A stretch of 63,253 nt of DNA, filler included. It is 5 parts of 5 records of this genome, joined end to end, with 100 filler letters (N's around TTAATTAATTAA, not from the genome) between each part and the next. Parts side by side here need not be neighbours in the genome. Positions count along the whole stretch, not along the records: positions 50,529 to 63,253 come from SRR2962707_4590; 4 more parts are not named here. The stretch is one strand, 5' to 3'. This document shows positions 55,050 to 63,253 of the stretch, piece by piece. A model generated the notes under the pieces. The model had not been told where the DNA came from. It did not search any database and saw only the letters and a program-made list of their open reading frames with translations. The position numbers and the translations under genes are program-made. Position 1 is the stretch's first letter. Every line of letters begins with the position of its first letter.

Positions 55050-57458
55050 ATGTCGACATCCAGCCAGCAGGCGTCGCCTTCCGAGGCTCAACGCGCGCGT
55101 ATCACCATTGCCAAATCCCTGCTGAGCACGGCGCTGATGGCGTCCGTGCTGTCAGCTTGTGGCGGCGGCGGGGGTGGGGGTTCGAGCGGCGGCGCCCCCA
55201 GTTCAACGCCCAGCGCAACAAGCGGCTGGGCGACCCGCAGCGTGACCTTCAATCCTGCGGTGGCGGCCAGCATCCTGCTCTCGGCCGAATTTCGCAATGC
55301 CGATGCCAATTGCACCTTTGTCGGCTGCGCCGCTGCGGGCACCCCGGCAGTAGGGCAATCGCAGGCGTTCGAGTTGCACAATCTGCACACCGCCCTATCG
55401 TCGGGTGTCACCGGCGCCGGCAAGCTGGTGGCTGTGGTTGATGATGGCTTCCGCCTGACGCACCGCGAATTCTCCGGCAAGACGCTGAGCCAGACCGGCG
55501 CGCTGCCGCTGGCCGATCACGGCACGCATGTGGCGTCGCTCATTGCCGGCGTGAAGGACGGCGTGGGCATGCATGGTGTCGCGCCGGGCGCCAATCTGCA
55601 CCTGACCTCGTTTGATCCAGCGGGCGGCGGCACGCTCGACATCGACAACGTCATTGCCGGCACGCTGAATGCGGCCAGTCTGGGCGCGGTGGCCCAGAAC
55701 AATTCGTGGGGCTACAATGTCGATGCCCGCACGCTGCAGAACCACCTGACTGCCAATCCTGGCCACAGCACCGCCCAGGCACTCAATGCCGTGGTTGCCG
55801 GCTTTGGCGCTGCCAAATGGCAATCCTATCTCGATGCCCTGAACACCTTCGAGAACGGTGGTGTGGTCGTTTGGGCCCTCTCCAATGACAACGCCATGAC
55901 GTCGGGCGACGTGATGGCGACCCTGCCCTATTTTGACACAAGGCTGCAGGGCGCCTGGATTGCTGCCGCCAATGGGTATTTCGAGGTCAACGGCGCGGGG
56001 GACATCAGCAAGGCGATCCGGCTCTCGGCCGCCTGTGGGCTGGCTGCCCGGTTCTGCATTGCCGGTGACGGCACCACTACGGCGGCCAATGGCGCGTCGG
56101 ACAGCGGCTATTCGGCGGGCACCGGCACCTCCTATGTTGCGCCACAGATTTCGGGCGCGGTCGCGCTCCTGGCACAGGCCTTTCCCGACATGACCCCGGA
56201 GGAATGGGCCAAGCGCCTGATGGCGAGCGCGGACAATAGCTGGTTCTCCACGCTGGGCGTGCCGGTGGCCGGTTCGGTCGATTTCGGCAATGGCGTCAGT
56301 CATGCCTATTCCACCGAATGGGGCCACGGGGTGCTCGATATCGGCGCGGCGTTGGCGCCGATCGGCAGCGTCGCCGTGCTGTCGGGCCCCACGGTAACAA
56401 GCAGTGCGCGCGTCGGGCTGGCCGAGAGCGTATTGTTGGCTCCTGCCGCCTTTGGCGATGGGCTGACCACGGCGCTCGAAGGCACCGATGTGGCCGTGTT
56501 CGACGCGCTCAATCGCGGGTTCGCCGTTGAGGGCTCGGCGCTGGTTTCTCGCCCCGCCCCCACCATGCTGCCAGACCTGCTTGGCGCGGTGGAAACACCG
56601 CATTGGGGCGCCCTGCCCTCCTATCAGCAATTGCTGCGGCAGGCGCCAGATCTGGCCGAGGATGGCGCATCGGTTGCCATGCTCAGCAGCGCCACTGGCG
56701 TCTTCGAGCAGCCTGGCAGTAGTGCTTTGGCCGAACGCAGCTCGGTGTTTGGCATGGTCCAGGACGCCGTGGCGGTCATTGCCACCCAGAATGCCGGCCC
56801 GCTCGACATCACCGCGATCGGCTTTGCCGGACGCGGGGTGAATGGACAGACGGCGGGCATTGGCGGCACCGGGGTCAATCTGAGCTGGAGCGCTGGCGGC
56901 AGCCGCGCCAGTGTCGGTGTGAGCTTTATGAACGAACAGGGCGGCCTGTTGGGCATGCCCGAAAACGCGGCCTTTGGCTGGGGGACAGGCAGCGCTGCAG
57001 GAACGGCCCATATCGGGCTGGATCAGCAGATCGCGACCGATCTCGCGCTGTTCGGCCGGCTCGAATATGGGGTTGCCCGCCAGAGCGGCGCGACGTCCGG
57101 GCTGGTGGCCAATATGTCGGATCTGCAGTTTTCCGGCTTCGAGGTCGGCGCCCGGATGAATTCGGTGCTCTTTGCCAGCGATCGGCTGAGCTTTTCGCTG
57201 GCCCAGCCGCTGCGGATCGAGAGCGGCACGATGGGTCTGTCGCTACCGGTGTCGCGCAATGCGGATGGCGCCATTGAACACCGCCAGCAGGACGCTGATC
57301 TGACCCCGGGTGGGCGCGAGTTCAATCTGAGCCTGGCCTATAGCCAGCCCATGGGCTCGGGGCAGTGGCAGATCGGCCTGCAGCACCGGCTCGATGCGGG
57401 CCATATCCAGGGCGCCTCATCAAGCGGTCTGGCATTGGGCGTCGGGCAGTCGTTCTAG
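55050..57458 (+). CDS. Lipoprotein S8 subtilisin-like protease with probable C-terminal beta-barrel (autotransporter-like)
   Basis: Lipobox LSA-C followed by G7; catalytic triad VAVVDDG, DHGTHVA, GTSYVAPQISG; oxyanion Asn in WALSN; YS..WGHG.LD; amphipathic beta strands ending in terminal Phe. Confidence 0.85.
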   Translation: MSTSSQQASPSEAQRARITIAKSLLSTALMASVLSACGGGGGGGSSGGAPSSTPSATSGWATRSVTFNPAVAASILLSAEFRNADANCTFVGCAAAGTPAVGQSQAFELHNLHTALSSGVTGAGKLVAVVDDGFRLTHREFSGKTLSQTGALPLADHGTHVASLIAGVKDGVGMHGVAPGANLHLTSFDPAGGGTLDIDNVIAGTLNAASLGAVAQNNSWGYNVDARTLQNHLTANPGHSTAQALNAVVAGFGAAKWQSYLDALNTFENGGVVVWALSNDNAMTSGDVMATLPYFDTRLQGAWIAAANGYFEVNGAGDISKAIRLSAACGLAARFCIAGDGTTTAANGASDSGYSAGTGTSYVAPQISGAVALLAQAFPDMTPEEWAKRLMASADNSWFSTLGVPVAGSVDFGNGVSHAYSTEWGHGVLDIGAALAPIGSVAVLSGPTVTSSARVGLAESVLLAPAAFGDGLTTALEGTDVAVFDALNRGFAVEGSALVSRPAPTMLPDLLGAVETPHWGALPSYQQLLRQAPDLAEDGASVAMLSSATGVFEQPGSSALAERSSVFGMVQDAVAVIATQNAGPLDITAIGFAGRGVNGQTAGIGGTGVNLSWSAGGSRASVGVSFMNEQGGLLGMPENAAFGWGTGSAAGTAHIGLDQQIATDLALFGRLEYGVARQSGATSGLVANMSDLQFSGFEVGARMNSVLFASDRLSFSLAQPLRIESGTMGLSLPVSRNADGAIEHRQQDADLTPGGREFNLSLAYSQPMGSGQWQIGLQHRLDAGHIQGASSSGLALGVGQSF

Positions 57459-57473
57459 TCGATATCAACGCGC

Positions 57474-59132
57474 TCAGGGCGCATTGACCAGCTTGGAGCG
57501 CAACAATTCGCCATTGTCGCTGAGGATGGAATAGCCGATACCGCTGAGCAGCGAATTGATACGCCGCAGCGCGTGGATGGTCTCCAGATGCAAATCGCTG
57601 GTCTGCATGCTGGTTGAATTGCCAGCCCGCAGCCGGGCAAAATGCTGCGACATGCTGGAGCGCTCCATGCTGTTGATCTCTTCCTTTTCGGCCACCAGTT
57701 CGCGCGCGGATTCGGTGTCTTCGGAGACCAGCACATTGGCGGCCAGCTGCATGTTTTCGAGTACCCGCGCGTGCAGATCCGTCAGTTCCTGCCAGCCCTG
57801 CGGGGAAAAGCTCAGCCGGCGTTCGAACTTCTGATCAGCCAGCTTGAGCATCTGCTTGGTGATGATATCGCCGGCCTGCTCCAGCCCGATGGCGAAGTTG
57901 ATCAGATCGGAGGCGCGCCGGGTCTGGGCCGGGGTCATGGCATCCCATTTGAGCCGCGTCAGGAAAAGCTTAATCTCACGATTGGCCTGATTGACGTCGA
58001 GCTCCAGCGTCTTGACCCGTCGGCTCGCGGCCTTGTCGGCGCTCTGGTAGATTTCCATGATGGGCTGGAGCATGACCTCGACCGTTTCGCTCATGCGCAG
58101 CAATTCACGCGTCACGCTGGCCAGCGCCAAGTCGGGATTGGTCTGGTTGTCGGCCTGTAGCGCGGGCGTACGCATACGCGCCACGTTGAAATCGCCGGGC
58201 ACGACCGCCTCAGCGACAAAGCGCTCGGTCGCACGGGCCAATGGACCGGTCAGCGGCAGGCCCAGCAGCAGCACGGCTGCATTAAAGCCGATATGCAGCA
58301 GGCTGGCCTGCTGGCCCACCGTACCCGGCAGCGCCCCCAGATAGCCGTGCAGCACCTGAAACGCCGCCAGGCAGATCAGGGCCGCGCCGCCGCGCAGCGC
58401 CAGCGCCCCCAGAGCCATGCGCCGGGCCCGCACATCGGCGCCGCGGGTCATGCCCACCGCAATCAGCGTGCCCCCCAGATTGGCGCCGAGTACAAAGGCG
58501 GCGGCGACCTCAAAGGGGATAACCCCGGCGGACCCAAAGGTGATGATCACCAGAATGGTGGCCACCGAGGAATAGGAAATCCAGGTGATCAGGGCGGCCA
58601 CGAAGAAGCTGGTCCATAGATCCCCCTGCAGATAACCGATCGCGGCCTCAAACAGGCTGCTGCCGCGCCATGGCGCCGTTGCTTGCGAGACCATTTCGAG
58701 CGATAGCAGCACGAAGGCGACACCCAGTATCAACCGCCCAAGTTGCTTGGTCTGGCGGCTATTGCCGCGCAGAAACAGCAGGCCGCCCACAATGATCAGC
58801 GGCGGCGTCAGCAGCGTCAGATCAAACGAGAGCACGCTGGCGATGATGGCTGAGCCGAAATAGGCGCCCAGCATGAGCGCCAGCCCGGTGGCGCCTTCCA
58901 TCAGCCCGCCCGCGGCGAAGCTGGCTGCCAATGCGGCCACCGCCGTTGAGCTCTGCAGCGCAATGGCCATCAAGGTGCCGGCACCGGCGGCACTGATCCG
59001 ACTGGAATCAGCGTGCGCCAGCAGACGCTTGAGCTGGGGGGAATAGGCGCGTTCAACTGCCGTGCGCACCATGCGGACGGCCCATAGCAACAGCACGATT
59101 GCTGCAATCAGTTGAATAGCGATCAAATACAT
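57474..59132 (-). CDS. Na+/Pi cotransporter family protein with PhoU domains (YjbB-like)
   Basis: LQSSTA and second repeat YSSVAT, LGANLG; C-terminal PhoU-like REL.RM, LEQAGD, FS.QGW.EL, H..RL..G...S..TS.LHLE. Confidence 0.92.
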   Translation of the reverse strand: MYLIAIQLIAAIVLLLWAVRMVRTAVERAYSPQLKRLLAHADSSRISAAGAGTLMAIALQSSTAVAALAASFAAGGLMEGATGLALMLGAYFGSAIIASVLSFDLTLLTPPLIIVGGLLFLRGNSRQTKQLGRLILGVAFVLLSLEMVSQATAPWRGSSLFEAAIGYLQGDLWTSFFVAALITWISYSSVATILVIITFGSAGVIPFEVAAAFVLGANLGGTLIAVGMTRGADVRARRMALGALALRGGAALICLAAFQVLHGYLGALPGTVGQQASLLHIGFNAAVLLLGLPLTGPLARATERFVAEAVVPGDFNVARMRTPALQADNQTNPDLALASVTRELLRMSETVEVMLQPIMEIYQSADKAASRRVKTLELDVNQANREIKLFLTRLKWDAMTPAQTRRASDLINFAIGLEQAGDIITKQMLKLADQKFERRLSFSPQGWQELTDLHARVLENMQLAANVLVSEDTESARELVAEKEEINSMERSSMSQHFARLRAGNSTSMQTSDLHLETIHALRRINSLLSGIGYSILSDNGELLRSKLVNAP

Positions 59133-59214
59133 CCAGCGCTCCGACAGCCTCGCGCCAAATCAGGCGCAACGTTCATGCTGGGTCCATGCCGCGCCAGATG
59201 CAAGGTCAGTTAGC

Positions 59215-60030
59215 TCACCCTACCGGGTCTTTGCGTGGCACGCCCTGCAGGTTTTCGAGCAGAAACGCATGGGTGGCCCGGTTGGCGACGATCAGCACGC
59301 CGGTGCGTTCAAAGGTTTCGGGTCCACGGCCCCACCAGTCGGTGACAATGCCGCCTGCCTCTTCCACCAGCAGGATACCGGCGGCGGTGTCTACGAAGCC
59401 GGTTTCCTCGTAATAGCCGGTCAGACGACCGCAGGCGACATAGGCGCAGGAATTGGCGGCACTGCCGACCACGCGAACGGCACCGATGGGCGCGCGGATG
59501 GCGTCGAGGCGGTCATAGGCGCCGGGGTAAAGCTGCAAATTGGGCGTGGGAAGGCCCGTACCCACGCACATCATGGCCACATCGGTACTGGCACTGACCT
59601 TCAGACGTTCGCCATTGAGGAACGCGCCGCGCCCCTTGAGCGCGGTGAACATCTCATCGGACACCGGATTATAGACCAGACCGCACATGGTCTGGTTGCC
59701 CCGGCGCAGGGCGATAGTGATGGTGTAGTGCCAGCCATTGAGGAAATTGGTGGTGCCATCGATGGGATCAACCAGCCAGCGATGCTCGGCGTCGCTGCCT
59801 TCGACGGGTGCAAATTCCTCGCCGGTCAGGCTCCAGTCGGGCTGCAGTGCAAACAGACCGGCGCGGATCAGCTGCTCGGATTCCTTGTCGGCATCAGAAA
59901 CGAAATCGCCGGGACCTTTGACGCCGATTTCGAGCTCGGCGAAGCGCTTGAAATGGCGCTGGGTCAGCTCACCAGCGCTGCGGGCAATCGCCACCATCTG
60001 GTCGAGGATGTCAGGATAAGAGACGGTCAT
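59215..60030 (-). CDS. Inositol monophosphatase family protein
   Basis: DFVSDADKESE, GEE, WLVDPIDGTTNF, GSAA..CAYVACG, DTAAGILLVEEAGG. Confidence 0.92.
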   Translation of the reverse strand: MTVSYPDILDQMVAIARSAGELTQRHFKRFAELEIGVKGPGDFVSDADKESEQLIRAGLFALQPDWSLTGEEFAPVEGSDAEHRWLVDPIDGTTNFLNGWHYTITIALRRGNQTMCGLVYNPVSDEMFTALKGRGAFLNGERLKVSASTDVAMMCVGTGLPTPNLQLYPGAYDRLDAIRAPIGAVRVVGSAANSCAYVACGRLTGYYEETGFVDTAAGILLVEEAGGIVTDWWGRGPETFERTGVLIVANRATHAFLLENLQGVPRKDPVG

Positions 60031-60869
60031 GCGGTCAACGCCATGGCAAGACCCTCCGGGTCATCAGTGGTGATTTGGTCGACTTTGAGCGCCAGCAGAC
60101 GGTTGACCTGCGACACGGTGATGGGGGTGACGGCGCGGATCGTCCAGGCGTCCACCCGGTGCCCTGCGGCCTGGAATGCGGCGATGATGTCAAAGCCGCT
60201 GCGGTCGGCCTCAAGCACGATTTCGTAGTGCAGATAGATGAGGTCGGCCTCAGGTGCGATTGCCAACGCGTCGGCAGTGAACCGGGCAAAATCGCCGCTG
60301 GCTTGCAGCCGTTCCAGCGAAGCGCCGTAGCAGGGATCGTAGCCGCGGCGCAGGCCGGGTGTGGCCGTCGCCAATTGCTCGACAGCCAGCGCATCGCCGC
60401 ACGAGGCAATCATATGCGGCGCGAGACCGCCAATACTGGCGGCGAAATTGGCGATGGTCTGGGGGTCGAGCGCGGCTGCATCCTGCTTGAAATCGAGCTG
60501 CAGCAACGCGTCGGCATGTGGTTGTTGCCTGGCAAGCAAGGCGCAAAGGTCTTCAAGCAGTAGAACGGTGTCGGCAATCGGCGCGCCGGCCTCATTGCGC
60601 AGATGCAATTGGCGCAGATCAGCCGCCCGAGCCTCGGCGATTGCGCCCGTCCCGGTGGTTTCCCGCTCCAGCGTGAGATCATGCAGCACGGCCATGCCAT
60701 GATCGGCATGGACCACCAGATCGACCTCGACGCTGGCGCCCAATCGCATGGCCTCGACAATGCGCTTGCCGGTAAACACCGGATCGGACGCCTTGCGACG
60801 ACCGCGATGCCATTTCAGCCAGGTACGATGGCCGTCACGCTCAACATAGAGGGGGTCTGCCATACTCAT
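60027..60869 (-). CDS. Glycerophosphodiester phosphodiesterase family protein
   Basis: HRG, VEVDL, VLHD.TL.RETTG.G, LDFK, VDAWT, VDQITTD; ATGA overlaps at both ends. Confidence 0.88.
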   Translation of the reverse strand: MSMADPLYVERDGHRTWLKWHRGRRKASDPVFTGKRIVEAMRLGASVEVDLVVHADHGMAVLHDLTLERETTGTGAIAEARAADLRQLHLRNEAGAPIADTVLLLEDLCALLARQQPHADALLQLDFKQDAAALDPQTIANFAASIGGLAPHMIASCGDALAVEQLATATPGLRRGYDPCYGASLERLQASGDFARFTADALAIAPEADLIYLHYEIVLEADRSGFDIIAAFQAAGHRVDAWTIRAVTPITVSQVNRLLALKVDQITTDDPEGLAMALTA

Positions 60870-61900
60870 CCCCGATAGATCTGGGCATTGTCGCGGAAGG
60901 CGGCAATGGCTTTGGGCTGCAGGTTGACGCCCTGCCCTGCGCTGAACAGATCAGGATGGGAAACCATGGCTTTGATGCGGGTGCCATCCTTGAGATCAAG
61001 GTCAACCAGACCATGCGTGCCGAAATCGGTGATGCGGTGGATCTTGGCAGCGCCGGGATCGGCCGCGACCAGATCGAGGGCCTCGGGACGGACCGCCAGC
61101 GTTGCCGGCCCATCGCTGACCGGCAGGGGCACGTCGATACCCGAGCCATTGAACTGGCCATTGCTGACAGTGCCATCCACCAGATTCATCGAACCGATAA
61201 AGCCTGCCACAAACGGGGTCTGCGGGTTGCGATAGACCACATCGGGCCGGTCGACCTGTTCGCTGCGACCATCGCGCATGACAACGATCCGGTCGGCCAT
61301 GGAGAGCGCTTCGTCCTGCCCGTGAGTCACGAACAGCGTGGTGATCTTGAGCCGCTGCTGAATGTCGCGCACCTCTTCGCGCAGCCGTTCGCGCAGGTGC
61401 TGGTCCAGGCTGGCGAAGGGTTCGTCGAGCAACAGTATCTTGGGCTCGAGCACCAGCGAGCGCGCCAGCGCCACGCGTTGCTGCTGGCCGCCCGACAGCT
61501 GATGCGTCAGGCGATCGCCATAGCCGGCCAGCCCAACCAGTTCGAGAACCGCCTCGACCTTGTCGCGAATTTCGTCAACGGGCAGCTTGCGCAGCTTGAG
61601 CCCGAAAGCGAGGTTCTTGAACACATTCATATGGGTCCACAGTGCATGGCTCTGAAACACCATGCCGGTGGGCCGCTTGTCGGGTGACAGCCGGGTGATG
61701 TCTTCGCCATCAATGGTGATCACGCCAGCGGAGGGCTGCTCGAAGCCACCAACCATGCGCAGCAGTGTCGACTTGCCCGAGCCCGAGGGCCCCAGCAGGC
61801 AGACAAGCTCACCATCGGCCACATCGAGAGAGAAGCGTTCGACAGCCACCGTGCCGCCAGCAAAGACCTTGGAAACGTCGGAGATATTGAGAACAGACAT
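60866..61900 (-). CDS. ABC transporter ATP-binding protein (PotA/FbpC-like, TOBE domain)
   Basis: GPSGSGKST, LSGGQQQRVALAR, LLLDEP, FVTH.Q.EA, FVAGFIG. Confidence 0.95.
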   Translation of the reverse strand: MSVLNISDVSKVFAGGTVAVERFSLDVADGELVCLLGPSGSGKSTLLRMVGGFEQPSAGVITIDGEDITRLSPDKRPTGMVFQSHALWTHMNVFKNLAFGLKLRKLPVDEIRDKVEAVLELVGLAGYGDRLTHQLSGGQQQRVALARSLVLEPKILLLDEPFASLDQHLRERLREEVRDIQQRLKITTLFVTHGQDEALSMADRIVVMRDGRSEQVDRPDVVYRNPQTPFVAGFIGSMNLVDGTVSNGQFNGSGIDVPLPVSDGPATLAVRPEALDLVAADPGAAKIHRITDFGTHGLVDLDLKDGTRIKAMVSHPDLFSAGQGVNLQPKAIAAFRDNAQIYRG

Positions 61901-61909
61901 ATTCTTTTC

Positions 61910-62734
61910 CTAGCCGCCAAAGCCACGGGCAAAGGCACCGCCGCCGATAACGCGGCGCGCAAACATGAGCGCGATAAAGGAGGGAACCCACAGAATGACC
62001 GACAGCACGGCGCCGTACTGAATGACCATCTGGTTGTTGATGAAGCTGATCATCAGCACCGGCATGGTGCGGATGCCGGGCGCCCCGATCAGCCAGGCGC
62101 CTTCGGTTTCATAGAAGGTGCCGACAAAGCTGAGCAGCACCGCCGCCGCAATCGTCGGGCCGGCCTGCGGCAGGGTGATGGACCAGAACACGCGCAGGGG
62201 ACTGGCGCCGACATCGCGGGCCGCCTCCTCCATACGTCGATCCACCGCCTGAAACGCCGCCACCGGGATCCAGATCATGAACAACAGCGTGCCCACCAGC
62301 TGGATCAGCACGACACCCCAGAAGGTGCCGATCAGATTAAGCTGCAGGAAGATGGCCGCAATGGCGATCAACAGGCCGAATTTGGGAAAGGCGTGCCCGG
62401 CCAGAAACGAGAAGAACAGCAGTGTGCGGCCGGGAAAGTTCATGCGGGCAAAGGCGTAGGCCGCGGGCAGGCAAATGGCTGCCGACATCAGGGTGACGAC
62501 GGTGGACAATTGCAGGCTCAGGGTCAGTGCGCTCCACACATCGGGACGCGTCAGGGTCTGTTCCCAAAAGCGCAGGCCGAACTGCTGTGGCACCACATTG
62601 GGATAGCGCCAGATTTCGGTGAAGGCCCAGGTGCCCACCACCAGCAGCGGGAAGATGATCGCGATCGCCAGCAGAGCCGTGAAGACAATGCCAAGCCAGT
62701 CAATGCGCGGCCGGTTTGTAATGGTGACTGCCAT
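61910..62734 (-). CDS. ABC transporter permease (PotC-like)
   Basis: Six TM; EAA loop MEEAARDVGA...FWSITLP. Confidence 0.93.
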   Translation of the reverse strand: MAVTITNRPRIDWLGIVFTALLAIAIIFPLLVVGTWAFTEIWRYPNVVPQQFGLRFWEQTLTRPDVWSALTLSLQLSTVVTLMSAAICLPAAYAFARMNFPGRTLLFFSFLAGHAFPKFGLLIAIAAIFLQLNLIGTFWGVVLIQLVGTLLFMIWIPVAAFQAVDRRMEEAARDVGASPLRVFWSITLPQAGPTIAAAVLLSFVGTFYETEGAWLIGAPGIRTMPVLMISFINNQMVIQYGAVLSVILWVPSFIALMFARRVIGGGAFARGFGG

Positions 62735-62736
62735 GG

Positions 62737-63253
62737 CTATTTCCTCTGATTGCGCGCGACCGAGCGCACGTAGAAGAGCCCGAAGGCAATACAGAAGCCG
62801 AAGGTGATGACGGCCTGGGTGACGGCATTGATCGGATCGTTCACCTCGCGGAAGGTACGCTGCATGAACGGCCCCATCATTTCAGGCGCGGCCGGGCCGA
62901 GCAGATAGGGCAAGGTAAAGGCCGAGAAGATGCCCAGAATGGAGAAGGACAGGGCCACCAGGATCGAATTGGAAATGCGCGGCAGGATGATGTGCCAGAA
63001 CACTTCAAGCCGATTGGCGCCCACATCGCGGGCGGCTTCGATGGCCTGATTGGCGACGCTGCCCAGCCCCGAGAGCAGGATCAGCACGGTTAGCGGGATA
63101 TTGTCCCAGACCAGCCCGATGACCGGCCCCCAGGGCGTGAGATAGGGCGTGCGGATCTTGGGCAGGCCCACCGAATTGAGCACGATGTCGACCATGCCAT
63201 TAGGTCCCAGCACGCGAATGAATGCATAGGCCAGGATGATCGAGGGCACGAAC
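62737..63253 (-). CDS. ABC transporter permease (PotB-like), 5' truncated
   Basis: EAA loop IEAARDVGA..EVFWHIILP; frame open to window end. Confidence 0.9.
   Translation of the reverse strand, partial: FVPSIILAYAFIRVLGPNGMVDIVLNSVGLPKIRTPYLTPWGPVIGLVWDNIPLTVLILLSGLGSVANQAIEAARDVGANRLEVFWHIILPRISNSILVALSFSILGIFSAFTLPYLLGPAAPEMMGPFMQRTFREVNDPINAVTQAVITFGFCIAFGLFYVRSVARNQRK

Noticed and set aside
55395-57011. 538-aa minus-strand ORF (similarly 50535-51644 and 59269-60228)
   Set aside because: Stop-poor antisense frames of high-GC genes with clear sense-strand identities.

Overview
The window is not one locus. It is five unrelated contigs joined by artificial 100-nt spacers (44 N + TTAATTAATTAA + 44 N), so nothing should be inferred across spacers. 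Contig A (1-15231) is eukaryotic, probably a stramenopile-like protist (inference). It holds an intronless ~4467-aa type I membrane protein (signal peptide, LNR-like and Cys-rich modules, NIDO, sushi-like, ~31 Calx-beta-like repeats, TM, coiled-coil tail) and a convergent 4-exon secreted LRR gene. Contig B (15332-33669) is Bacteroidota (Cytophagales-like). It carries a cbb3 oxidase operon (ccoNO fusion, ccoQ, ccoP, ccoG, fixH, DsbD_2), an inserted surface lipoprotein, hemN, an Rrf2 regulator, a clade II N2O reductase cluster (cytochrome c, fasciclin, nosZ, nosB, nosL, nosD, nosF, nosY), a cupin, a USP and a partial GH92. Three of its promoters share an FNR-like box starting exactly 58 nt before the Bacteroidota -7 element. 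Contig C (33770-40210) is eukaryotic, with a 5-exon gene of two ABM-like repeats and a 4-exon ClC-1/2-like chloride channel. Contig D (40311-50428) is Roseobacteraceae-like housekeeping DNA (M23/DUF5930, DUF455, bcp, AsmA/YhdP-like, queA, MFS, DUF924, HD, alpha/beta hydrolase). Contig E (50529-63253) is Hyphomicrobiales (Devosia-like). It carries ectB/ectA with a divergent ectR and a duplicated operator, a hemerythrin-like gene behind a FixK/FNR box, mscS, a lipidated subtilisin autotransporter-like protein, and a candidate phosphodiester utilisation operon (ABC transporter, GDPD, inositol monophosphatase, Na/Pi-PhoU). All family and taxon calls come from motif recognition by eye; no searches were run.
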